Assembly (NCBI GenBank): GCA_000934665.2
Contig: KZ537999.1
Coordinates: 124,001-188,000 of the forward strand
DNA from: Catajapyx aquilonaris
Lineage: Eukaryota
Reading direction: 5' to 3'
Length of the DNA stretch: 64,000 nt
Shown here: positions 10,601-22,700 of the stretch, in pieces
Layout: each line of letters opens with the position of its first letter
Numbering within the stretch: position 1 is the stretch's first letter
Made by a program: the position numbers and the translations under genes
The notes under the pieces: model-generated
Seen by the model: the letters and a program-made list of their open reading frames with translations, nothing else
Databases searched by the model: none
What the model was told of the DNA's origin: nothing

Positions 10601-13340
10601 GACATCCATTTCTACAATCACGTGATCGACCACCTGCGCATGCGCATCCACTTTAAAATCCGGACCAGAATATAGTCGGCTCTCTGGATCCCCCAACTCA
10701 TTATCGGAGCGGTCCTGACTGAATTTGCGCAATGTCATCAATGCACCGGGGGAGAGAGAGAGAGAGTGGATCCGCGGTTATGACTGTTGATATTTTACGG
10801 GGCGTTTCACAAATCCGAGGCCAAAGCCAACCAAACGCTTCCGTGCTTCGGTCGTGATGAGTAGGATTTCCGGGGGACCGGCATTGTATAAAAATGACGT
10901 TTGACACCGCAAAACCATGAGAGAGAAGAGAGAGGGGGGCGCTGTCGACCCAATCTGGTTTCGACCCAGAGTCCAGATCCAATCTCTACCTTTTTTTGGC
11001 AAAAAAATTAATAAACCAGATCCGGACCCGGTTAATCGATTCCTGCCTTGCGAAAAACTGGCAGTACACAGTGCAAAATAATAATTCCGTCATTTTCGGT
11101 CGGGTTGAGTTTCAGGGGGGGAGGGTCCACTAGAGCGCCCTCTTCAAACGCAATTAGCGGGCAGACCCAAAGGGCCATCTGTATTTCATTATTTGGAAGG
11201 GAATTAGGGTATTATCATCTGGAGTGCAGTTTATTGGTCGATCATATTAATCTTGATCTGAGCCACTCTGGCACGAACTGCACTTGCACAAAAAAAAAAA
11301 ATGCAAAAAAAGGGGGTCCACATGCTGTTGCGCCGCATTGATTTGGCGGACCAAACACGTGAATTGCAAACGAATCAGCGTCAAGCAGATTTCAATTTCA
11401 ATGTTTATGCTAATTTGGTTTGCCAGAGCTGCAAATCATGCATGGCATCTAACATATAGTTGGCTTCCCCACTATTACTTGTCCAACCCCCCAACTTTTT
11501 TAGTGGAGGGGGGGGGGGGCGTTTTACCGGATTTATTCGCGGACATCACTCGCCCGCTGGCCATTCTGAATCGAACGATTTTAAAGTGGCCAAACTAATT
11601 AGTATGACACCATTTCGCTGCGATTCAACGCCGTTCTCTCTCTCTCTCTGCTTTGCTGTGTGTGTGTGTGTTCCCCATGTTTCGAGTCCCAGCCTATCTG
11701 TTAGTCGGTTGGGAAACCGGGGCTGCCTTTTTGTAGCCAGCGGCTGGTCATTTTGCACTCGCAAAATGTTGCTCTAAAGCAATTATGCAGATGCTTTTGC
11801 CTGCAGCCCTCCGCGACACCGACTATTGCTTACACCGCTTTTCTGCGCTTTTAAACCGTCACTGCGACGCGAGTGGTCCGCAGTTGGTGCACTGAATAAT
11901 TACAGAGGGTTCATACGGCCCATTCGCTCCAACCCCCTGCATTTTAGGGAGGGGGGGAAATTGTTGCAAAGTCACTTCAAGTCTTCAAATGTCAACAAAT
12001 CACTGGAAAAAAGCGCAATTGCTTCCATCCAACTATACAAGCAGGACTTACGTTAAGTGGTGGCGTCGGGACTGGCAAAAGTGTTGTGGTTTCGGACCAA
12101 TTTTTACATAAGTCGGAATCTACAGTACGTAAGTCGGAGTTGTATACAATTTTTGGGCACGTTTTCAGGTCGATGGCTCCTAGGCACGTACGCACATTTG
12201 GTGCTTGGTCTAAAAGCGGGGCCTTTAGTCTTAATGGAAGTGATGGTTGTCTGGAGTGAAACACCGGTATATCCGAGGCCCACCATTTGGTCCCCCATTA
12301 AAAATGCAGTCGAAGGCCTGGCTTGGCTGTTTGGGGGTCGGGAATTCAGAATGGATTTATTACCGACCACTAAAACGGATACCCTCGCGATAAGACATAA
12401 TTCGAGAGCAATGGTCCTCCAGGGCCAGATAATTTCATTTGCTTTCTAAACAGCCAGATGGGGAAAAAAGGTGGAGAAGCCCCGGTTCGGTAGGTAGGTA
12501 GGTAGGTCCCCCAAGATGGGTAAAGGCAAGCCAAAAGTTTTCCTTGGCACAGGCCACGAAAATTGTTTCCAACCGCAGAATAAGGCCGAGGCTCGCCCAG
12601 ATAAGCAATAGGCCTAATTCACATAACCTCGTAAAATTATGCACCAGGACTCCTTTATCGCCGCTAAGAGGCCGGCTCGAATAATATTATTGCAAGCAAC
12701 CATGTTCATGCCACATAAAGGAATAATTTCCAGACTAAATGCAAATAATTTTCATTTTCTTCACATCATGTATATAAGATTAGTCAGGGTGCAGGCTTTG
12801 GAAGGTTATCACACTATTTGCACTTTGCCTGGCTGTAACTAACATTTTTTTTGTGTGGTTAGCATGGTAAGGGTGGGTCAATGTATAAAAATGGTGGCAT
12901 AAGGATGCAAGGGGCGATGCAGGGAGAGGAAAGGGGGGCTCGCTCGGCTGGGTCTGGTCCCGGCCAGAAAACAGACTGCTGCTGGCCAGAAAGACGCAGA
13001 AGCAGCACGCGCCCCGTGTTTGCGATGAGTCTCCGGAGGAAACGGGGATGGAATTTCCAAACAGAGAAGATGGCAGCAAAACTACCATGCTCCGGGGCGA
13101 TGGAGGCATAGGCCAGGGCCACCACGAAAAAGAGATAGAGATGAGGAGGTGGGGAGGGGGGAAGAAATGGGGACCACAAATGTATATAATATCAAAGCAA
13201 ATCCCTGTGTTTGAGCAGAGAAAATTATTGTTTGTGTAGTCATGATGCGCTCCGGGGAAATGTGCAGCACTATATTATTTTATGCATATTATGTAAAAAC
13301 GAGAAGCATGCACGTGCGTTGGTTCAGCTCATTACCCAGT

Positions 13341-13412
13341 CTGATGGAAGTTCACGTAATGGCTCAGAGATGGCGCCGGATGGGAGTTCCCATGATATGT
13401 CACAGATGGCGT
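13341..13412. repeat. Diverged 36-bp tandem duplication, each unit ending in AGATGGCG
   Basis: 13341-13376 versus 13377-13412, 26/36 identical without gaps. Confidence 0.7.
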
Positions 13413-13498
13413 TGAAGGTTAAGAAGTGTTTCACAGCCCAAAATCTGTAAAAATAATACGTAAGAATTTATTATTTTCATTGAGGATTTATCTGGATA

Positions 13499-13798
13499 AG
13501 CAAGTCTGGAAGTTGGTTATTTTTTGAACAGTAGAAAGGTAATGACTCCAAGAAAAATATTATTCATGCGAAAAAAATATTTTTGCTGGCGATAGAATCG
13601 ATTTCAGGACATGCCAATTTCCTCACAAATATCACAACATTTTTTGGGTTTCATTTTATCAGCAATCAGCAAGTCTGGAAGTGATTTTTTTTGAAGGTTA
13701 CGACACATGCACTTCCTCATGAGGAAAAAAAAATCTGATCGACCGGGGAATAGCACTCAAGACATGCCAATATTTCCGCATAAATATCGCAAAATTTC
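13499..13798. repeat. Diverged tandem duplication (~150-170 bp period)
   Basis: AGCAAGTCTGGAAGT occurs at 13499 and 13668. GACATGCCAAT..AAATATCRCAA blocks occur at ~13608 and ~13761, in the same order. Confidence 0.75.
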
Positions 13799-14005
13799 GT
13801 CCCCCATCACTGTTCAACCTACCGACAAAGGCAAACCGCGACCTATGTTTTCCCAATCCTGAGGGAGATTCCTCCACTCCATCCTTAAAAAAAACCTTCC
13901 TCAAAATATTCCAATCAGCGTCTCTTTGGCCGTAACAGAGTGGAAAGGCGTAATAAGACGCGGGCCTGAATGTATAAAAGCCAAGGAGGAGAGGCAGGCC
14001 TTGTC

Positions 14006-14024
14006 CTTCTTCTTCTTCTTCTTC
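14006..14024. repeat. (CTT)6 microsatellite
   Basis: Direct reading of the sequence. Confidence 0.9.
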
Positions 14025-17000
14025 CTGACTTCGGTTCTTGCTTTGAACCCAGCAAGTGTGGAGGGCCACTCAGGTCGAAGCCAGGCAGCAATTATGAATG
14101 AGGCCAAAGTGGGGCCCGACTCGCTCTTTCCCTGAAAATGAGGAGGGCCCTAGCTACCTACCAAGGAGCAATTACCCCCCTTGGCTCAATCACAGCTTGC
14201 TCGCTTTCAAAGAAAACAACTTTGGTAATTTGCATGTCGTAGAGGGGGGGAGGAGGAGGGAAGGGAAGAGAGAGGCGGCGATGGGGAGGAATTCAAGTCC
14301 AACACCTCCGCAAACAAGCCCAGGTAGGGAATCCCAGTCTTTGATTTCACGCCCGAATTAGTCCACAGGAGAGATTCTCCTCTTCTTTCTTTTTTTCGTC
14401 CTGCAGGAAGAAGCTGCAGGGCCAGCCCAAAGTGGTAGTGAGAGGGGGATGGCATTTTCCAGCCTGGCTCATTTTCTTTCGAGCACAGAATGCTCAACAA
14501 CTTTTCGCGTAAGGAACCATAATTAAGTGTCCTTTGAAGTGCTCTTTGAAGTCGACGGATTAGTCCACGGGAGAAAGACGATGGGTAGATGGGGTGGTTG
14601 ATTAAGCATGCAATCAGATCTAGTTTGGGATCAAACCATTGAGAAGCAGGTGTCGCAGCAAGGATCGCATTTACACCGAGATCCGGTTGCTTAAAGTCAT
14701 TAGACACAAAAATTGTGTGACGCAGCAACAATTACAAAGCACTAAATTCGAGCACGGTATTCCTTCCCTTGTCAATTACTCCGGGTGGAAAAAAATAGTG
14801 AGAGTCGAGCGGCTATAAATTTCCAGTCTGGTTCTTGCTTTTTGTGCCTCTCCAGGGCCCAGAGATCATTTGTCAAAGGGCAAGCTAATGATCAAGAAGG
14901 GCGCTAGCTGCTGCCTGGCCCTCCCCTTTTGTCCCCCCCAACCTTCTAATGCCATCACCTGTAACCCTATACTCTCCGGACCAGCACACCCCACAAAGTG
15001 TCCTGTGCAACAAGGAAGAGAAAAAAAGTGAGCCCGAGAGAGGGATTCTGGTGGTGATGACTTTGTTCTCTGTCGGAGCCCGGTTGCCGCTTCTCAAAAG
15101 TGCTCTGGACAATGTTTGTTCTCCTTTTTCTCTCTTCTTTTTCTTTACACTGGGTTTATATCTAGCCCCTGGTATAGGGTTGTCAAAATGCGGCGGGTTA
15201 CAAATGTATCGTTTCTTTGCGTAGGGGGGTCATCACCATCGCTCAAGTCAAGTCATTACCAAGAGCCTCTCCGCCGCTTCTTAAAGCCCAATTTGAGATG
15301 GACCACTTCAGACAAGTGCCTTGTTTTCACCACCTCATTTCTTGCGCAATATTTCTTCTCCAACCTGGACATTTTTATGCTAGACTTTTACGAATAAGAC
15401 GGAACCTTCCAAAGGGCAATGACTAGGTATTCGAAAAAGTACATGCTGAATTCCTCCTGTAGGCGAAAGGAGTTCTATTTATCCGCCACCTCCTCTTTTG
15501 AAGTCTTCACTTAGCTAATGAGCTCCTCAAGCAAAAATCCCCGAGCATAGCTGTACTCACATGTGCACGAAGCCCTAATACTCGGGCCATCTCCGGAGAT
15601 TTGACTCCTTCCCCATCCCCTCCTCCCCTCCAACTTCATTAGGCTTAGAAGCATCTGCACACGCAAAATGAAGGCCGCCCAACTCCATCTACCTTTCCTT
15701 GCAACTGCATAAAGAAGAAAAGAGAGAGTCCCAAGGAAGGGAAGGAGAAAGAGAGAGAGAAGTTTATATTAAATTTCCTAAGAGATGGCTTGCTTAGGAA
15801 GGTTTTCTCCTCCCTCCTCACACTATATGCGTTACTATCCTTTCCCTGCACACACACAACAAAAAAGCTGCTTTTCATTTCCGCTCCGTTTTGCCTCCCC
15901 TGTCATCCTCTCGGACTACCTATTCAGGATTTAGAAACCAATTTCCCAGCAACTACCAGGCTTGTTGAGCTGTGAAACGCCTTCCCTTAGCCCTTCCTCC
16001 TCTCACAATATGCACACGAGGTGGGTAATATTGCCTTACGAATCGCCTTACCAGGTGTTGCCGGACCATCCCGTCCTCCTAGATGTTGTTGTTGTTGCAA
16101 TATGCCTGCTAAGCTCTGATACTGTCCACGCCACTCTAAATGCTAACTAGATCTATTATATAATCCCCCTTAAAGTCAAATAACTGCACCCAAAAAATCA
16201 GCTTTCATGATGTAATTATAGGGACTTCAATAATAATGGATTTTGAAAGTAAGGCACAAGTTACAAGGCAGCAGAGTGTCATAAAGTTGGCAATATTAAA
16301 TGACAGTACTCACATTGTACGTAGATGTAATAACCGGCTCTATACTCGTACTCCTTCCAAAAACCGGTCCCATAAAATGAAGTCGCAGCTTGAGCCACAC
16401 AGGGCGGGTAAGTGCCTAATTTTCAGGTGATTAACTGCCTAGAACACTTACAAAAGGGACGAGCCATTATATATTTAATAATCAGCATCAAACTGCCGCC
16501 CATGATGACAAGTAATTGCGCTTTAATACCGGATGGGATTCCAATATGCCATGATTACGTACAGTTACGTTCATGATTGTAGGTCACTACGTACAGGGTG
16601 GTTCCAAAATATTGTCAACCAGAACGTGATGTAAGAGTGAAGCAATCTCTTGCAGCCCAGTGCGTACTATCCGCCTAGAAATGTCAACACCCGCCACTTC
16701 TTGCGACCACAAGTAGTCGATGACCGCGCGGTTTCCAAGGCAATCTTCTTTTTTTCCCCTTTCTTTTTAATCCTCTCACCACCCCCCTAGCAAGTTGCTC
16801 TTGGCTTCAGGGTGGTTTGGTGGGTGGTTTGGAGGGGTGTCGGTGGAGGCGAGAAGCAATCAGAGCGGCAGGAACGCTTAGTGCGAAGAGAATGAAAGAA
16901 CCTTGTTTGCCAGCTGGGTGTCGCCCATTTCCTTGGCCGTGTAATCAAATGAACGAGGGCGGTCTGATACGACCACCACGCCACCTACTCAGCAAACATT

Positions 17001-19694
17001 TTCTCAACAGAACCCAAGAGAAATCTTTAACGAAAAAAGCAAGCACAACTTATTACAATATTTTCTACAAATATTATGAACACTGTATATCCGGTTTCCC
17101 CACTCTTTAAGAGCATTTAGTGGCTTTTTTTCCCCTCTTCTGAAATTTTTTTCCTTCGGAGACGTCTCCAGAGAAAGGGATTCGCAGTGACGGTGAGAAA
17201 CATCCTGTTAACGCTTCTCGGCGATGAAAATATTGTAACTCGTGTTTCTTTTTTCCCGGGCTTGAAATTCCCCCTAGTCTTTTCATCCTCCTTTTTTTTG
17301 TCTCCTTATAGGACCTTCCCCTCTTAACATGAAGGGATGGCTCGGATGGGGAGGAAGAGATGGAGACAAGACGTTCCTCCCACTTTTTTTTCGGGGTTTT
17401 CACGTGAGAAAAGATTTACGAACTAGGGCAGGGAGTCACGACTAATCTTGGCGACTTCCCTTGTTTATTGCAGCACAGCATCACTAGATAAGACTAGGGG
17501 ATAAGGGCATGTATAAGGGTGCCCCCTTAGAATAATACTAACAACATTGTTCTATAGCTACTTTGAGATTATGAAAGGGTTCGAATATGATCCGTAAATT
17601 TTGGGGAAGATCTGGGACAAACCGGAGCCGGATAATAATCCCCCATCATGATTTATGCCGGCCTTGGTTTACAGCCCGGGAGAAATCTACTTATTCCTAG
17701 TCCTAGCTAGGTTCAATCACGAGGGAGCCTTGAAACTATGGAAGCCTCCTCCCATAGACAATAACTCTCTTCGGAGGAGGGGAGGGGGGGGGGACAATCG
17801 GAACTTTGCAAGCCAACTTCCTGCGAGTCTCAGCTAAAATCACGCAAGTTATGGAAACCCTACTTCCTCTGCAACCTTGCAAACAATGCAATATCCCCGC
17901 GAGTTATTCCTCTTTTAAGTTAAGAGGATCAAGCTGCAAGCAACAATCGGCACAGCTTTTGCTTATCATTACAATAATAATAAAAGGCTCTCTGTAATGC
18001 GCACAAATTACACATACCCAGCCAACTTTGAATGTTGAAAACACAAAGCGAAATTGAGCTCGCCCCATTTCACTTATTAGCTCCCAAAAATTAAATCCAG
18101 GGCCACGGAATTGCCCAATTTCGAGTGTAAAGAGGACATTTTGAAGCGTCCGAGTGGGTGCGAGGCCAGCGTCTAAAGCCTTTTCCCCTCCCACCCGATG
18201 CTTGGGTTTGTTTTCCGGAGAAGCAGGAGAAGGCCACCCCAAGTTCGTTAGCCATAAGTACACCAAAGTGTCTTAATGAGCCTCCGAAATCCAGTGCAAC
18301 CATTTAGGCGCCCCCCCCCCCTTTCGTTGCTTGNTCGTTGCTTGCGCCCCCGCAAGGCAGCAAGAGCCCCAAAATTATGGTCTCATCTCCAGAGTCAGAA
18401 GCAACCTTCCCCACTCGGCCAATGAAAGTGGATTAAGCAGCACTATATCAAGGCCAGAAAACCACCCATGTCGCGTTCATCTATCAAGGACTCGGCGTAA
18501 ATCAACCCTCACCCAACTGCACCCTATTCAACTAGATAGAGCTGCTGGAGAGCCTAAGAGACGACTATTCAAGCTCGGCGCCCATTTTGACACAATCTTG
18601 GCTCCGGAGCTTTATTGCCCGGATTATTTCGCCTTTTTTTTGGGTAAAGCAGGCAGTGCTGGCCAAGAAAACAATTTACGGAGCTAGTTATAACCATCTC
18701 TGGTGTCTGAGTCCTGTACCCCAGCCTTAGACGCCTCAGTTCCCTCCAAATTTTCATACCCAGGAACAACCCAGTAGCCATAACGGAGAGGGAATCTGGC
18801 ATTCGTCATCCCAACAATAGCAGGTCGACGTGGACCAAGAGATTATATCCCCCCGCCCCTCTCTTTTCCTCTTCTTTGCATCTACCCGTCTGGTCCCTTC
18901 CCCGAAATTGAATTTTTGCATCAGATGTTGCCATGGAAATTAGTTCCTTTTGCATGATCTGGCCTTGCGACGCTTTCAGCCAAATTATGAAAACCCTTAT
19001 CCGGATCGCTCCCCTCCCGTTATTTGTTATGGAGGACACCCCTCACTTCCATTCATTGGGTTTCATAGCTCGGAAGGACATGGACACACAAAAAAGGAGA
19101 GATACTATAGGGCGAGTAATGGGCTTGAGTCACCATGAATACATTGTGCAGATGTGTGGTGCAATTCGACTGGGTGCATACATTACCACTATTGGATGCT
19201 GAAGTATGAGCATGATCTAATATTTTAAAGTACCCCCTTCAAAGTAATAATCAACATGAAAGCAGGCGCTTTGTTGCTCATCCCAAGTCTTGTTTTCTTC
19301 TTCAAAAGTTGGAACTAAGTAGAGTTTCTCCAAGCCCGTATCTGTAACCCTGCACGCGTCTGATCCTGGGGCCGACCCGAGGCAGGTATAATCCGATCCA
19401 GATCCTTTCAATTGGGTCTAGGTGGATGCCAACTCGATTATTGCTGCGGCTTCCATTTACCTCCGCCATCCCGCGCCACTTCCAATGGAGAGATCAGCTA
19501 GCTCTCTGCCCCCGCTATCAACATTTACTCAGCCCCTCTACACCCAAACCCAGCCAAAAAAATAATAACAAAACTGACGGTTTTCCAACCTCCACAGCGA
19601 CAACACCAGAAAAGGTACAGGGTGACTACAAAGTCGCTTAAAATCATATTGGATGGAGTCTGTGTCCGGGGTGAGTCATCAGATAATCGCACGA

Positions 19695-19757
19695 CCCTGA
19701 GAGTGGCAGTAGTGTCCAGAGAGGGATGATGCGCCATCTATGAGCGAATAAGGTACT
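19695..19757 (+). mobile_element. Solo left-end fragment of the 36864-37716 MITE family
   Basis: CCCTGAGAGTGGCAGTAGTGTCCAGAGAGGGATGATGCGCCATCTA..GGTACT aligns collinearly with 36870-36933 (CCCTGAGAGTGGCAGTAGTGTACAGAGAAGGACGATACGCCATCTA..GGTACT). Confidence 0.8.
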
Positions 19758-22700
19758 TCGTAGACTGATACAAAAATATACATGTGGACCCCAAAAAAGG
19801 TTGGTCTTCAATCCCAGCAGCCTTTTTCCACCCTTCGTTTTCATCAGTCCTGATTGCCATTCAACCGGACTGAACCGCATTCCCCCTCTCCACTCTCTCC
19901 ACCACCACCACCACCCCCTCTGCAAAAAGCCACAAAGGCTACAACAATTTCATTTTATACCTAACAGGCTCGTAATTTCCTCCGGGAATTCCGACGTAGG
20001 GAAAATTCAAATCCGTTAATTGTACGGTTTTCACTTGGCAGTGCGCGTCAATGTTTGGTACTTTGCTATTTGGTTTCGTTTCAAAGCGGACCCCCCTCAT
20101 CCTCCCATCACTACATGCATGCTACTAGTCCTCGCTAAACATGCGGAAGGTAAACAACAGTTACACAGTACTGTGGACAGTTTATGTACACACGATGGTA
20201 CAGTACCCGCAAGTTCACGGCAATTTTATTTAAAAAAATTTCAACTGAATCGACCATACAATTTGGTCAATTCACCCCATTGCTGGTTTAAATATTCGGC
20301 AGTCTCTCTCTGGTCTTCTTCACACTTGGAAACAACAAACAACCCTCCCCTCAGCCCACGATAAGCAGATTTGCTCGCTTCCGGGGGGTTATTGATGATA
20401 GACAGGGCAACAATTTCGGAGGCGCCTCGTATCCGCCAAACTGACACAAACCGGCAGCGGTTTTCGCCAGGGCCCCAGTGGTCCATCACCCAAATTATTT
20501 CCCACCCTTTTGCATTTCAAACGCAGGCCATCAATCGACGCTCTAAATTCATCTGCGGCTGGAAATAAAGCCTCCAATGTCCACGTCGGTTCCCTACTTT
20601 TGATGGTACATTGTAAGGTCGAACAGGACGCCCATTAAATTGCGAAAAAATTTCGCGCAATTTTTGGAGCGTATCCTGCTGAAATTCTTTCCATGTCTGC
20701 CCTATATTCCAGTCAACCTGACAGCTCCTTGCAACCCAACACTACTTGTAATTTCCAGTCAAAGGCCAATTAGGGCTCGAAAAAAAGGGAGGTCGGCAGA
20801 GGATCCATCGGGATGCAGGAGGCATTCTCTTGCGCCCCCCCCAGCCGCCCCCTTCATTTCTCCTTCCGGCCCATTTGGCTGGGCGAGAGGGCGAGAGTTT
20901 CCCCATCTATCATCAGGACCTAACCCTGTTCCTGACGCTTCGAGACGACCAACCAAGAAGTTTGCTTCCAAGACCTTTTCCAAGAAGCTGCAGCGTACGT
21001 CCCCTGCATCCTGTCACTGGTGACCTAATCGCCATCCAATGACCTGGCGAATTAAAAAAAAATCCAACAGTAGATTTGAAGTCCTGACGGGTTGGGAAAG
21101 ATTAGAGAAGGGTGAAAATTGGAAGGAAAAAAACGGACCATTAATCAAAAGTTGCGGAGGGCCAAATGTCGGAAGTGTTTTTCCCATCAGACATTTCTAA
21201 TGAGGAAATCAGCCCGATTTTTTTTCCTTCAAGACTGAATAGTAAAAAAAATCCTGGAAGGGGGAGAACTGAACTTTCAATCAAGTGTGAATTAGCTGAT
21301 TAGGCTGCATACTCGACCATCACTTTGGGTAATAAGGAAATCAATTAAACCCCACCAAAAAACCGGCTGGGTTTAAAAATTGCCTACCCAGTGCTCGGAA
21401 GGGAGTCTAGGGCTTCCAATTAACCAAATGGATCACGATCCTCTTCAAACAATCCGGGGCATGATCAACTTGATTTCCAAAAAAAAAAGAGGAGGAAGGT
21501 TTGGAAAAAAAAAGTTTTCCCGGTGAGTTAACATTGATTGGGGGAACCTTGGCACAATCAATCAGGAAACAGCCTGACATCCAACGCTGCCAGGCAGTCA
21601 GGCGACAGCAACAAATGAATTGCCCCTTTTCTTTCACTCCTTATTTGTACCATTCTTGCATAGGCATAATTTGCTTACTTAGAATCACTTCAATTTCCAT
21701 CCAAGCCAAAGTGCACTTTAGATTTATTTTCTTAAAACCGTCCCCACTCTCATCTTTAAAAATAAATCTTCCTTCGGGAATAGTGGACTTTTGCATCTCC
21801 CACTCTCCATTCTCCCCCCAAAAAATCCTGCTGACATATTCACTCGAGACTAGCTCCTCCATCGACTACACGTGGCAGAAGATAAACCCCCCAGTCTGCC
21901 TTGGCAACCCTGCGGCCTGAATATCACCATACCCGTTCGATATAGAGAATATAGAGAGAGATGGCCCCATGGTTTGGACTCTCTCTCCCTCTCTTCGAAA
22001 CCACCACCACACAACCCCCAACACCCATTGATTCTGTCAATCCGGGCCAGAATTCGGAGACACGGGGTCCGCCGATACAATCTTGTTAAGTGGCGTCCTG
22101 ATTTATAATCGGGGGGAGTAGGGGGCGGGATGAGGTTTACACTCGCCTGGAATGGACAGAGACGTCCTCCAGCGATGATGGACCGACCCAGGAGGGGTCA
22201 GGATTCAAAATGGACCAGAGGGTAAGGATGACCAGACCAGGGTAGGTTACAACTACAGGAATATTATAATTCTGGCTCAATAATTTTTGGGGGATCTTAA
22301 CGTATCAAAATGCCCCGCACCAATTAGGTCCCAAATCATATGCCAGGTTAAACAAAGGGGCAGTTTTCGCGATACTAAACCCGTATCATGAGACTTTTGT
22401 GCTCTCTCTCCCTCCCTCTATATATATCCTGAGGGTCGGAAAAAGTTAGAACCCTTGGGGATAGCAGGGGGTAATAAGCAGCACGTCCCTTCGCCCTCTG
22501 TTATGGATATGTCACTTTATTGCTCCGGGAATGAAAGTAAGACTAGGAGGGGACGAAGGGAAGAAAATGCCAGGCTGCCACACAATCAGAAATACTCTCC
22601 CATTACTGTTGATGATATTAAATTGGTGTGCGCCCCATTTATATCGCAAATCCCTCCCTTTCCCTGCACCCACTCTTATTACATGGGATCGGATTGCGAG

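Noticed and set aside
16196..16215. AATCAGCTTTCA matching the reverse complement of the bantam miRNA 3' half
   Set aside because: The match stops after 12 nt, the seed is absent, and no precursor hairpin is seen.
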